Below, one piece after another: positions 28,210 through 37,095 of a stretch of DNA of 64,000 nt; the stretch's first letter is position 1, and each line of letters begins with the position of its first letter. Both the position numbers and the translations under genes were made by a program. A model generated the notes under the pieces. It ran no database searches. It was not told the DNA's origin and saw only the letters and a program-made list of their open reading frames with translations. This DNA comes from a virus, in IMG/VR virus record IMGVR_UViG_3300042565_001021, positions 1 to 64,000 of that record; one strand, 5' to 3'.

Positions 28210-29779
28210 TGCGACGCACCGTCCTCATTGCCTTATCTACGCTTTCAGTAATCTCTGCCCTAGCAACATCTACGAACGGCTGTAGCTTCTTCATATACTC
28301 AGCTACGGCTCGCATATTGCCTTCTCTGGCATACTTTAGCATCTCTGCTGTTAGCCCTGCTACTTCCTTCTTTACCTGCTCTGGGGTCATTTCTCCAAAG
28401 CCAGGAACGATGGTTTCATCTAGTCCGTTTCCTTCGCTGCTGTCTATAGCTTGTAGCTGTTGCTTCATCTTAACTGCTGCTTTAGCAAGTGAGCTGATCT
28501 TAGGATCTGGGTTGTCTAAGTTTTGTTCGCTAACACCTTCGTTAATCTTAGATTCCTCGACCGTAGCTAACTTGTCGTAGTAGCCTGGATCTTCTTTGAT
28601 ATGGTCTAAGGCGATCTCAGTAGCAACTTTTTCATCGGAAGTATGTTCTTGCTCAACAGCAATTCCTTTTCGCAATTGTTCGATGATTTGTTTAACAGGA
28701 AGCTTATGTAAGTTAGCTAGTTCCATCGGTGACAGTGTAGGAACGTCTAATACATTCTCAGAAAAAACCCGCTGGGAGTTAGCAATCGACGCTTTGTCTC
28801 GAGCACGTAGTTCTATTTCACCCTGTAGCTTCCTAATATTTAATTTGATTGCGTCTAAGCTATTGTAGTCACGACGATCAAACGCTTTCTTTAGTTGCTG
28901 CTTTAGGCGAGCCATCTCTTGCGAGTTTGTTTCTTCAGTAAACACATTGTCTCCGGTTGACGTGCGACCCTTCTTCATCAATGTAGTTCCTGGTTGCGGT
29001 GCCTTCGGCGCAAATATCGGGCGCACTTCCCAATCTTGGTCTTTTGCTGTGCTTGCTAGTCCTCCGTATTCTCCTTTAGGCATAGTTAACCTACGAACGC
29101 CTTTCTTGTCGAATCCTGCGTAATGTGAAGGATTTGGGTCTATTGCTACTTCGGTGACTGTACTTTCTAACCGAGCCTTCATTATGTTGAATACATTATT
29201 GTCAAACTTACCAAACAAGTCGGTTACAATTTTACGCTGAGTTGCTAAGTCTGCTCCGGCGAATTGCGCACGGATCTCAGACGCGCTTCTAGCTGGCTTA
29301 CCTAGCACTGTAAAATCAAATGTAGGGACAGTCATCATGTAACCGTGCTTGTCCAATGTTTCACAGCTCTGTAGGTTTGTGAATTTTTGGAAGTAGCTTG
29401 GGCTACCGTCCTTCTTTGGCTTAAACTGAAAGCGAGGATCTTCCGCCATATCCTTTTCGCTAACCGCAAACAGTAATATGGTGCTCTTTGCGTCGAACTG
29501 TGCTACGAGCCCAGGCGCTCTGTATGGTTGTGAATCCAGTATAACTCTGTCAGTATCGACGCCAGTTAAGGCCCACATCTTCGCTTTTTCAACAAAATTG
29601 AACGGTGATTTAGGCATTTCTACCTTGTCGCTTGTAACGATGTAAACGTTGTCTTTGCCAAACTTCTGACAGAGGTGGTTATAAACTTGCGAATGCCCTT
29701 TGTGCGGTGGCTGAAATCTCCCCGGAAGTATTACTTTCACTTGTTTTTGCGTTCCTTCAAAGAGATCGTACACGAACAT
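28199..29779 (-). CDS. HxGH nucleotidyltransferase (cytidylyltransferase-like) fused to further modules
   Basis: GRFQPPHKGH and SASEIR motifs; C-terminal E.EHT....A..IA.DH..E...YY motif (DUF5661-like). Confidence 0.75.
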   Translation of the reverse strand: MFVYDLFEGTQKQVKVILPGRFQPPHKGHSQVYNHLCQKFGKDNVYIVTSDKVEMPKSPFNFVEKAKMWALTGVDTDRVILDSQPYRAPGLVAQFDAKSTILLFAVSEKDMAEDPRFQFKPKKDGSPSYFQKFTNLQSCETLDKHGYMMTVPTFDFTVLGKPARSASEIRAQFAGADLATQRKIVTDLFGKFDNNVFNIMKARLESTVTEVAIDPNPSHYAGFDKKGVRRLTMPKGEYGGLASTAKDQDWEVRPIFAPKAPQPGTTLMKKGRTSTGDNVFTEETNSQEMARLKQQLKKAFDRRDYNSLDAIKLNIRKLQGEIELRARDKASIANSQRVFSENVLDVPTLSPMELANLHKLPVKQIIEQLRKGIAVEQEHTSDEKVATEIALDHIKEDPGYYDKLATVEESKINEGVSEQNLDNPDPKISSLAKAAVKMKQQLQAIDSSEGNGLDETIVPGFGEMTPEQVKKEVAGLTAEMLKYAREGNMRAVAEYMKKLQPFVDVARAEITESVDKAMRTVRRNAI

Positions 29780-29816
29780 ATGGTTTCCTAACAATATTAG
29801 TATTTATGCGATCGTG

Positions 29817-29842
29817 ACAATGCCCGACGAATCGGGCATTGT
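29817..29842 (-). terminator. stable hairpin with UUCG loop downstream of the tRNA-like gene
   Basis: ACAATGCCCGA-TTCG-TCGGGCATTGT, 11 bp perfect; no clear U tract. Confidence 0.55.
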
Positions 29843-29880
29843 GTTGTATTACAGGCCTTTAGCTTCAAGCATTGCTGCTC

Positions 29881-29952
29881 GCTGCTCGGCGGGAATCGAA
29901 CCCGCTGCCTTGAGTTTTAGAAGCTCTTGCTCGACCAATCAGCTTCGAGCGC
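29881..29952 (-). tRNA. degenerate tRNA-like gene, anticodon CUA (amber)
   Basis: T arm GCGGG-TTCGATT-CCCGC, D arm with GG, CTA at canonical 34-36; anticodon and acceptor stems imperfect, no CCA. Confidence 0.6.
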
Positions 29953-29963
29953 AGTATGTGTAT

Positions 29964-29992
29964 ATAGTAGCACCTTTATTCGTCGTTGTCAA
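29964..29992 (-). promoter_or_regulatory. strong sigma70-like promoter for the tRNA-like gene
   Basis: TTGACA-N17-TACTAT with extended -10 TG. Confidence 0.75.
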
Positions 29993-30804
29993 CCAGTTTG
30001 GGAAGAAACTTGCGGGCCCGAAATCAAGCTCAAATCCCCTTGAAATTCATGGGTTCCCGAATGATTTAAAAGCACCCTCGAGTCACACCATATATCATAT
30101 CCTAAGGCCGAAGCACGTCTACAGAATGCCCAGTCTTCACTCAAGTAGTGGCCTTTTTCGTCTATATATGGATCAAAGATAGCATACATGTGAGGTTCAT
30201 ATTCTTTACCTAGCCCAACATCATCTACATATTTTGATTTTGGATGTGCTTCGATGAGCTTCTCGTACACGTCTCGTTTAAACATAAGGAACCCAGTGGC
30301 TGCTGTATCAACTGTAAATAGTGGTCCATGTAACTTCGTCTGTGGCTTCAGATTAATGTTGTATTGTATTGGGTATGCCTTCTTGGGATAGGCTCCGGAG
30401 ATGATATCTTTGTCAGCTGCCATCATTTGAAAGATAGAGTTCGAGTCAAACCTAATGTCGGCGTCGATAAACATGTAATGAGTAGCAGCCGAGTTTGCCC
30501 TCATCTTTGCCATTAAATTGTTGCGGCCCCTAGGGATCAATGACTCGTTGCTCATTGTATCCATCGACCAGTTTAACCCGACCTGCCTTGCTAGTAGAGT
30601 GAATTTTATGATGCTAGTCATCGTAGATTCGAGAACTAGTCCTCCGTAGCAAGGTATTGATATGTGTAGGTGTGCCTTAGTAAAATCGTACGGAACGCCC
30701 TCTGCGGGAGGAGATTCTTTAGCTTGCTGTTCTTGTATTGCTTTAATCTCTCTGACTAAGTCAGTATGAGTCTTTTCGGTTGCGTTAATTTTATGATCAG
30801 CCAC
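29989..30804 (-). CDS. GT-A fold glycosyltransferase-like protein
   Basis: RGRN, FIDAD (DxD), GAYPKK, ATGF, SEDWAFC and late H.G motifs. Confidence 0.75.
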   Translation of the reverse strand: MADHKINATEKTHTDLVREIKAIQEQQAKESPPAEGVPYDFTKAHLHISIPCYGGLVLESTMTSIIKFTLLARQVGLNWSMDTMSNESLIPRGRNNLMAKMRANSAATHYMFIDADIRFDSNSIFQMMAADKDIISGAYPKKAYPIQYNINLKPQTKLHGPLFTVDTAATGFLMFKRDVYEKLIEAHPKSKYVDDVGLGKEYEPHMYAIFDPYIDEKGHYLSEDWAFCRRASALGYDIWCDSRVLLNHSGTHEFQGDLSLISGPQVSSQTG

Positions 30805-30815
30805 GAATGAACCTT

Positions 30816-31181
30816 TTAGTTGTGTGTTAGTAATACTCTGTTTATTTCGCCAGCTGTAAAGTCTGTCACTTTAGAGCGGATCCATACATGCTGACCAGCA
30901 AAGTTTTCTACTACTGCTCCGTCAGTTACTGGAGTAATTGCGTCACCGTACGATGTGATATCGTACCAGTCATCCTCAGTCGGAGTAGTTGCTAACGACC
31001 CTTGAATTACAACGGTGCCGACGAAGTTGTTTACTGTAGTGAATTGAACAGTATGTAACGGGCTAGTTTGCCCATGGTAACCGCATCCTTTAGCTTTTTC
31101 ACTGAGAAGAGGTAAGATGACGCTAATTCCAACATCGGAAACATTTACAGAGTCAATCAATACAGTTGATTGATTTGCCAT
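30816..31181 (-). CDS. small beta-rich putative virion protein
   Basis: FVG...IQGSLA..P...DW and NF.G..VWIR motifs. Confidence 0.6.
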   Translation of the reverse strand: MANQSTVLIDSVNVSDVGISVILPLLSEKAKGCGYHGQTSPLHTVQFTTVNNFVGTVVIQGSLATTPTEDDWYDITSYGDAITPVTDGAVVENFAGQHVWIRSKVTDFTAGEINRVLLTHN

Positions 31182-31351
31182 TACTCTGGTTCCCTGTGAC
31201 CTTCAACAACTACTCCTTCGCCTACTAGTTCGGCGGCTACAGTTTCTAGAGTGGAAATCAATTCGCTATCAATGATAGTAGATGTTTTTGTGTCATCTTT
31301 AACCAACCTGCTTAATGTAATTATAATCTTTTCTTCAACTAGCTTTGCCAT
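31181..31351 (-). CDS. hypothetical protein, 56 aa (not in the ORF track)
   Basis: MAKLVEEKIIITLSRLVKD...; AGGAG RBS, TAATG coupling, ATAAATA upstream. Confidence 0.7.
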   Translation of the reverse strand: MAKLVEEKIIITLSRLVKDDTKTSTIIDSELISTLETVAAELVGEGVVVEGHREPE

Positions 31352-31370
31352 AAAAGCTCCTTTTTACTAT

Positions 31371-32111
31371 TTATGCTGCTAACTCTAGCTTGTTAACTTT
31401 ATGAACAAAGGACGGGCAAACCATAGCCAGGAAAGTAAGCAAAGAAGAATCGTCGACGTAGTAATACCCTTCGAGCCAGGCGTTGCCGCTGTTGTTTAGT
31501 CTTGATCGCAGCCCGTCGGTAAAGTGGAAACCATTCGGGTAGTTTTTAACATAGTTAGTGATTTGCTGCTTTACCTCAGGAGTGTATCTTTTGCTTTTAA
31601 TAGTGACCTTGAACTTATGCTTAGGAGGAGTCTTAGAGTAGATCGTTCCTTCGTTAAGGGAAGCAAGAGTGGATAAGTCGGCGGGCTGCTCTATTCCTTT
31701 AAACAAAGTTCTGCTAAAAGAATTTGATCTCAATAGCTCTTTAATCGGATCTGCTGAGACTGAGAATATCCTAACTCTGTTACCTTCAATGCGAAGTCGC
31801 GTGTTTTCTGCGCTTGCAGCAATCCGTAGAGCAACAATAACGTCTGCCATATCTTCAGCGTAGTCGCCGCCGGCCGTCTTCGGTTCTAACGTGTGATAGT
31901 TAAATCGATATTGTCTTTCTTTTTCGCGCAAGATATCGTCCCTTATCGACTTAATGTAATACGGTCGATTGAATCGAACATGACGCACAAAGTGCGCCAG
32001 CGGCACTTCAAAGTCTGCCCGAAAGAAATACTTGCCGAAATACAACTTCGGAGTCGTAGTTACCTTATCAATCGAGAGCCATTCTTCCCATTGTTCTTTG
32101 CTGAAATCCAT
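31371..32111 (-). CDS. hypothetical protein
   Basis: 246-aa ORF with an internal repeat-like Y.F/K pattern. Confidence 0.65.
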   Translation of the reverse strand: MDFSKEQWEEWLSIDKVTTTPKLYFGKYFFRADFEVPLAHFVRHVRFNRPYYIKSIRDDILREKERQYRFNYHTLEPKTAGGDYAEDMADVIVALRIAASAENTRLRIEGNRVRIFSVSADPIKELLRSNSFSRTLFKGIEQPADLSTLASLNEGTIYSKTPPKHKFKVTIKSKRYTPEVKQQITNYVKNYPNGFHFTDGLRSRLNNSGNAWLEGYYYVDDSSLLTFLAMVCPSFVHKVNKLELAA

Positions 32112-32123
32112 TGGTGTTCTTTC

Positions 32124-34418
32124 TTAAGTGATTTGAATAAATCCGTCTTTATCTACCATCGGGTGAACATTACCAGTCATTGGCAACATCTCAGTAACGT
32201 CGAACGTTACTTCTCCATTGACGAAGTCAATAGCAATGCTCGATCCGTTAGGCACCTTGTCGAACAGAATCTTCTTGGACAGCGGCACTTTAATAATAGA
32301 ATTGATCTTACGCGACATTGGTCGTGCACCCATCTTAGAATCGAATCCCTCTGCTGCTAAGTGATCAATGATTGCGTCCGACAGCGTAAGCTTGATGTGC
32401 TTATCAGCAAGTAGCTCGTTCACCTCATGCATGAACTTAACAACTACCTTACGAACACTATCAGGACCAAGATTATTAAACTTACAGATACCATCCAACC
32501 GGTTGCGGAATTCTGGCTTAAAAAACTCTTTAATCGCTTTGTCGTCCTCTCCACTTCGTTGTAGGTCTCGTCCAAAGCCAATAGCGTTCTTCTCATTCTC
32601 GGATGCTCCTAAGTTAGAGGTCATAATAACCATTACGTTCCTTGCGTCAGCTTTCTTGCCGTTGCTTGCTGTAATAGTTCCTTCATCCATTAGTGCGAGC
32701 AGGATGTTAGTAACGTCTGGGTGAGCCTTTTCGATCTCATCAAACAGCAGGATGGAGTTCGGGTTCTTCTCGATCTCGCTAATAAGCAGACCGCCGCCGA
32801 GGCTGCCATCTTCGTAGCCAACGTAGCCCGGAGGAGCGCCGATCAGCTTTGCTACGCTGTGACGTTCTTGGTACTCCGACATATCGAAGCGCAGTAGCTT
32901 CATAGTTAGGTTAGCAGCAAGCAACTTAGCAAGCTCAGTCTTACCAGTTCCCGTTGGGCCTGTAAACAAGAAGCTACCCATTGGCTTGTTAATAGACTTT
33001 AACCCTGCGCGAGCGACATAAATCTTCTCAAGGATCTCATCAACTGCTGCGTCCTGTCCGAACAAGTGCTCTTTAATGTTGGACTCTAGGTCAGATAGTG
33101 AGCTAGCAACATGATCAGCACCGATTTGATCAGCTGGGATCTTAGTCAGCTTACTAATAACGTCGATGATGTTTGCTCGCGTAATCGTAAATGTACCACC
33201 GCGAATACGTTGTTTAGCGCAAGCTGTGTCAATAAGGTCAATGGCCTTATCTGGAAGCTTCTTGTCGGTCTGATAGCGAACACTTAGCTCAACTGCTGCA
33301 TCAATGGCTGCTTCGCTAATCGTTCCTTTGTGGAACTTCTCAAAGTGGCTACGCAGACCACGCAGAATGTCTTTAGCGACATCAACGGTAGGTTCAGTAA
33401 CCGTCATACGATAGAAACGGCGCATTAGGGCGCGATCCTTCTCAAACGACGTGGTGTATTCTTCCCATGTAGTAGAAGCGATGACTTTGATGTTGCCTTT
33501 GCTAAGAGCAGGCTTAATCATGTTAGCGAAATCTACCGAGGATCCGCTGCTACCTGCTCCGGCGCCGCGCATTTGGTGTGCCTCATCAATGAACAGGATG
33601 GTCTTGCCCTTGCTGTCAAGTGCCTTAAGAACATCCTTTAGCTTTTCTTCAAACTCGCCACGATACTTACTACCAGCAAGTAGCGATCCAATGTCTAGGT
33701 TATACACGACGTAGTCGAGCAAGTATTCTGGAACGTTGGCGTCGATAATTTGTAAAGCAAGACCTTCGGCAATAGCTGTCTTACCAACACCGGGGTCACC
33801 TACGAGCAACACGTTGCTCTTGTTGCGCTTGGCAAGAACTTCAGTGATTTCTTCCAGTTCTGCTTCGCGTCCGATAATTGGGTCAATCTTTCCTTCGGAA
33901 GCCTTTTCGTTAAGATTAGTACAATACTCTTCCAGGATGGAATCGGCTCGGGCTGCGGTCGCTTCCTTGTTGCCTTTTGCGTCGTTGTAATGCTTCTGGT
34001 AGAAACTAATTAGATCCCTGCGGTCAAGACCATACTTCGAATAAACGTATTGAGCATAACTGTTGCTCTCGCTTGCCAAGCTGATGAAAACATCGAGTAC
34101 CTGCATAGTGGAACGGCCGCTAAACAATACTTGAGTAAAGGCGCGGTTAAACACACGTTCCAGTGAGTGCGTCTTTTTCGGTACCGAATAATCCGGATCC
34201 TTACTAATCAAGTAATGCTGCAAGCTAAGGTAGTTTGTTAGATCCTGTTGGAGAGCAACAACATCTGCGCCAAAGTTCGCTAGCAGTTGATTGAATGGCT
34301 TGTAGCTAACTAATGCCAATGCCAGGTGTTCGAGAGTCACGTATTCATGATTCTGTACTTTTGCATTTGCAGTTGAATTTGCGACAATGACTTCAATTTC
34401 GGGGTTGGTCTGGATCAT
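32124..34418 (-). CDS. clpA: ClpA-type AAA+ unfoldase
   Basis: Clp N-domain, two Walker A motifs (GDPGVGKT, GPTGTGKT), GYVG pore loop, IGF ClpP-binding loop, no ClpB middle domain. Confidence 0.92.
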   Translation of the reverse strand: MIQTNPEIEVIVANSTANAKVQNHEYVTLEHLALALVSYKPFNQLLANFGADVVALQQDLTNYLSLQHYLISKDPDYSVPKKTHSLERVFNRAFTQVLFSGRSTMQVLDVFISLASESNSYAQYVYSKYGLDRRDLISFYQKHYNDAKGNKEATAARADSILEEYCTNLNEKASEGKIDPIIGREAELEEITEVLAKRNKSNVLLVGDPGVGKTAIAEGLALQIIDANVPEYLLDYVVYNLDIGSLLAGSKYRGEFEEKLKDVLKALDSKGKTILFIDEAHQMRGAGAGSSGSSVDFANMIKPALSKGNIKVIASTTWEEYTTSFEKDRALMRRFYRMTVTEPTVDVAKDILRGLRSHFEKFHKGTISEAAIDAAVELSVRYQTDKKLPDKAIDLIDTACAKQRIRGGTFTITRANIIDVISKLTKIPADQIGADHVASSLSDLESNIKEHLFGQDAAVDEILEKIYVARAGLKSINKPMGSFLFTGPTGTGKTELAKLLAANLTMKLLRFDMSEYQERHSVAKLIGAPPGYVGYEDGSLGGGLLISEIEKNPNSILLFDEIEKAHPDVTNILLALMDEGTITASNGKKADARNVMVIMTSNLGASENEKNAIGFGRDLQRSGEDDKAIKEFFKPEFRNRLDGICKFNNLGPDSVRKVVVKFMHEVNELLADKHIKLTLSDAIIDHLAAEGFDSKMGARPMSRKINSIIKVPLSKKILFDKVPNGSSIAIDFVNGEVTFDVTEMLPMTGNVHPMVDKDGFIQIT

Positions 34419-34443
34419 AATGTCTCCGGGGTTATTAAAATAT

Positions 34444-35343
34444 TTATGGCTGAACTACGTTAGCGTTAACTATCTCTTTAATCTTTTCTAGTTCAGCGTC
34501 TGTTAGGTGCTGCAGAACGTGAACATCGGCTATGGCAATAAGCCTTCCTCTGCCTGGCTCGTTAGTTGAATACAATCCTTGGTTCGATAATCCAAACTTT
34601 GTACCATACTGCGTCCCGGGCGGAATTGTAAGCTTCAAAACTGTTCCATCCAGGCCACGTATTTCTTTCTCACATCCTACTATAGCTTCTAAACAATTTA
34701 CAGTAATCTGGGTCACTAAGTCAATTCCGTACTGCTCAAAGTTTGGATGTGGCCTAAAATGGAATTGGACAAACAGGTCTGCCCTAGGAGCGTCTTTAAC
34801 TGAATGGTCTCCAAGACCGGGATATCTGACAGTTGTGCCGTTTGTTACCCCTCGCGGAATCTTAATCTCGAGGTTCTCTTTCTCGTTCCCAGGCAATGTA
34901 ATGTTTATCGTCTTTGTTTGTTCTTTAAGATTATCGACTAAGTCGAGTTCCATCGAGATTCGAACATCTCGATTCGTCGGTTTCTTATTTTGGTGCTGTT
35001 GTTTAAACTGCGAGAAAGGATCACCACCAGCGCCATTACCTCCGAAGTTGAAACTGAAGCCGAACTGCTTCCTAAGTAGGTCAGCAATATCATCTTCGTT
35101 CATTTGCCTACTTCTGCCGCCTCCGAACCCAGAGTGTCTTGGACCGTATTCTAGCTCTTGGTCATACTCGGCTCGTTTCTGGTCATCAGATAGAATCTGA
35201 TAAGCGGTGTTAATCTCTTGGAACTTAGCAGTATCGCCACCTTTGTCCGGGTGGGTGGTACTTGCCTTTTTCTTATAAGCCTTCTTAATGTCGTGGCTTG
35301 TGGCAGTCTTATCAACTCCCAGAGCTTCGTAATGATTAGTCAT
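34444..35343 (-). CDS. DnaJ/CbpA-type co-chaperone
   Basis: J-domain with HPD, G/F-rich linker and C-terminal domain; no Zn finger. Confidence 0.9.
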   Translation of the reverse strand: MTNHYEALGVDKTATSHDIKKAYKKKASTTHPDKGGDTAKFQEINTAYQILSDDQKRAEYDQELEYGPRHSGFGGGRSRQMNEDDIADLLRKQFGFSFNFGGNGAGGDPFSQFKQQHQNKKPTNRDVRISMELDLVDNLKEQTKTINITLPGNEKENLEIKIPRGVTNGTTVRYPGLGDHSVKDAPRADLFVQFHFRPHPNFEQYGIDLVTQITVNCLEAIVGCEKEIRGLDGTVLKLTIPPGTQYGTKFGLSNQGLYSTNEPGRGRLIAIADVHVLQHLTDAELEKIKEIVNANVVQP

Positions 35344-35351
35344 ATGTGATA

Positions 35352-35380
35352 ATTATGCGCTAATTACGCACATAAGTCAA
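35352..35380 (-). promoter_or_regulatory. sigma70-like promoter for dnaJ-clpA
   Basis: TTGACT-N17-CATAAT. Confidence 0.6.
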
Positions 35381-35389
35381 ATATTTTGG

Positions 35390-35815
35390 TTAGACCTTAA
35401 CACCTGGAATATTTGGTAAATCTGGTACTTTTGGAATTGCAGGGATAACAGGAGCAGAAGCTCCGTTTTGCGGTAACTTTTCTTCTCTAGGGTTATGCGT
35501 AGTTGGTCCTTGCGTTACCAGTTTGACTACTACTGGAGCAATCCAGGCAGCAGCATATAGACCGAAATACCCTTCGGTCATCTTACCTATTAACGTAAGC
35601 TCGACCATCATCCAACTAGTTAATGAAAACGCACCCATCATGACAACCGCGGCTTTAGACACATGCCCGTTCTCCATTAGTAGGTCGAGAACGTTAAAGT
35701 CATTATCTGGTCGACGGTGTAAGCTAATGCCAGCAACGACAATCAGCACAACAAAAATACTTAAGGCAATTACCATGCCGTTGGTCTGAGTGAAAAGAGA
35801 AAGAAAGTTTTCCAT
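35390..35815 (-). CDS. 3-TM membrane protein, holin candidate
   Basis: three hydrophobic helices; last gene of the lysis cassette. Confidence 0.5.
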   Translation of the reverse strand: MENFLSLFTQTNGMVIALSIFVVLIVVAGISLHRRPDNDFNVLDLLMENGHVSKAAVVMMGAFSLTSWMMVELTLIGKMTEGYFGLYAAAWIAPVVVKLVTQGPTTHNPREEKLPQNGASAPVIPAIPKVPDLPNIPGVKV

Positions 35816-36105
35816 TACTTAAATACTTTCTTCTGCTCAGTTACCCAATTTTGCCAACTAAAAATAGTTTCACGGTAGACGTTACATTGCGTATAGTTGT
35901 CAGTGATTACCTTAGAGACTGTAGTAAATGGTATCCCGCTATCTGTCTTATCTGTTAAACTAATTTCTGTGGGCCACTGCCCAACTGTTTTCAGTTCAAC
36001 CGGCTTTTCCATTAACTTAGCTGGCGGCTCAGGAAACTTCATTGGTTCTACGCTTGCGCAAGATACTGTTAAGAACGGTATTGCTAAGATTAGAAATAAT
36101 TTCAT
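35815..36105 (-). CDS. o-spanin (Rz1-like lipoprotein)
   Basis: signal peptide with lipobox TVSC and Pro-rich segment. Confidence 0.75.
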   Translation of the reverse strand: MKLFLILAIPFLTVSCASVEPMKFPEPPAKLMEKPVELKTVGQWPTEISLTDKTDSGIPFTTVSKVITDNYTQCNVYRETIFSWQNWVTEQKKVFK

Positions 36106-36461
36106 GGCTTTTCTCCTACTGGAACACCTTTAACTGCGCGGTCGTGTATAACAACAAAGTTTTTAGGAATAACACATCCATCGTTGCTGAGATACCGATC
36201 AACGTATTCTGTAATTGTGTCGCCCTTTTGTGTTACTGTTTTAACGCGGTCGATGTATTTGACTACTTCTTTAATCGTAACCTCTTTTGACGCAGCTTCA
36301 AGCTTTACGATTAGGGCTGCTGTTTCTGCCTTTTCTAAATCCCACTTAGCTTGAACGTCGTGGCGACCTTTAAAGTAAGCAGAGCCGAGAATGCCGGCAA
36401 TGATGGCAACTATTATAATTTGCTTCCAAGGGAGCGAAGCTAGCATTGTGACAGGTATCAT
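36102..36461 (-). CDS. i-spanin (Rz-like)
   Basis: N-terminal TM, coiled coil, C-terminal Cys; lies between endolysin and o-spanin. Confidence 0.75.
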   Translation of the reverse strand: MIPVTMLASLPWKQIIIVAIIAGILGSAYFKGRHDVQAKWDLEKAETAALIVKLEAASKEVTIKEVVKYIDRVKTVTQKGDTITEYVDRYLSNDGCVIPKNFVVIHDRAVKGVPVGEKP

Positions 36462-36463
36462 GA

Positions 36464-37093
36464 TTATCCTTTCAGTATGTCGATTGCTCGTTCATACCGT
36501 GCTATTCTGGAGCTCAATCCATGAGTTCCACCGTTAATACGCTTTGTAATAAGCGTTATGTTTTGCGCGCCAGCTATTTCATTTAGGTTGTTGGTTGTCC
36601 AGAACCAACAAGCTGACTCAACCGCGCCTTCTGGAGTAAGTAGATAGTCAGGATCTTCTAAAAGACGTAGATCATCGAACTTAGCATTGCTAAATGCAAC
36701 GTAGTTGTTCTTACCTGTGATTTGAATAATGCCGCGTCCGCGATACTTCCATCCGTCACCGCTTGCTTCGTTGCCGTTGCCCATCCTGTCAGCGTACACC
36801 TTGTTAGCAATCTTCTCAGGTTTGCGATGATAACCTTGTGCTGTTTCTTCTGTGAAACGTTTCGGCCAAGTTTTAACCAGACCAGCGGCACTATAGTTTA
36901 GGTTTTCGGTTAGACGAGTAAAGTCTGCTGACTCATGTCCCATTTGCGCTAAGAACGCAGAAACCCTTGGTAAGGTATTAATTTGGTAATTCAGAAGTAT
37001 TACATTAAGAGCGACGAACCAGGCTTCGGGAGTCTTGTTAGTTGGAATTGTCTTAGCAAGCTTCTCTATAGTAAAGTCGAAGTCGAAGCTCAT
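36464..37093 (-). CDS. GH19 endolysin
   Basis: FLAQMGHES, YRGRGIIQITG..NY and TKRINGG motifs. Confidence 0.92.
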   Translation of the reverse strand: MSFDFDFTIEKLAKTIPTNKTPEAWFVALNVILLNYQINTLPRVSAFLAQMGHESADFTRLTENLNYSAAGLVKTWPKRFTEETAQGYHRKPEKIANKVYADRMGNGNEASGDGWKYRGRGIIQITGKNNYVAFSNAKFDDLRLLEDPDYLLTPEGAVESACWFWTTNNLNEIAGAQNITLITKRINGGTHGLSSRIARYERAIDILKG

Positions 37094-37095
37094 TT

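Noticed and set aside
29814-30182. 122-aa plus-strand ORF
   Set aside because: It is antisense to the tRNA-like gene, its promoter and the glycosyltransferase, and has no RBS or recognisable motif.
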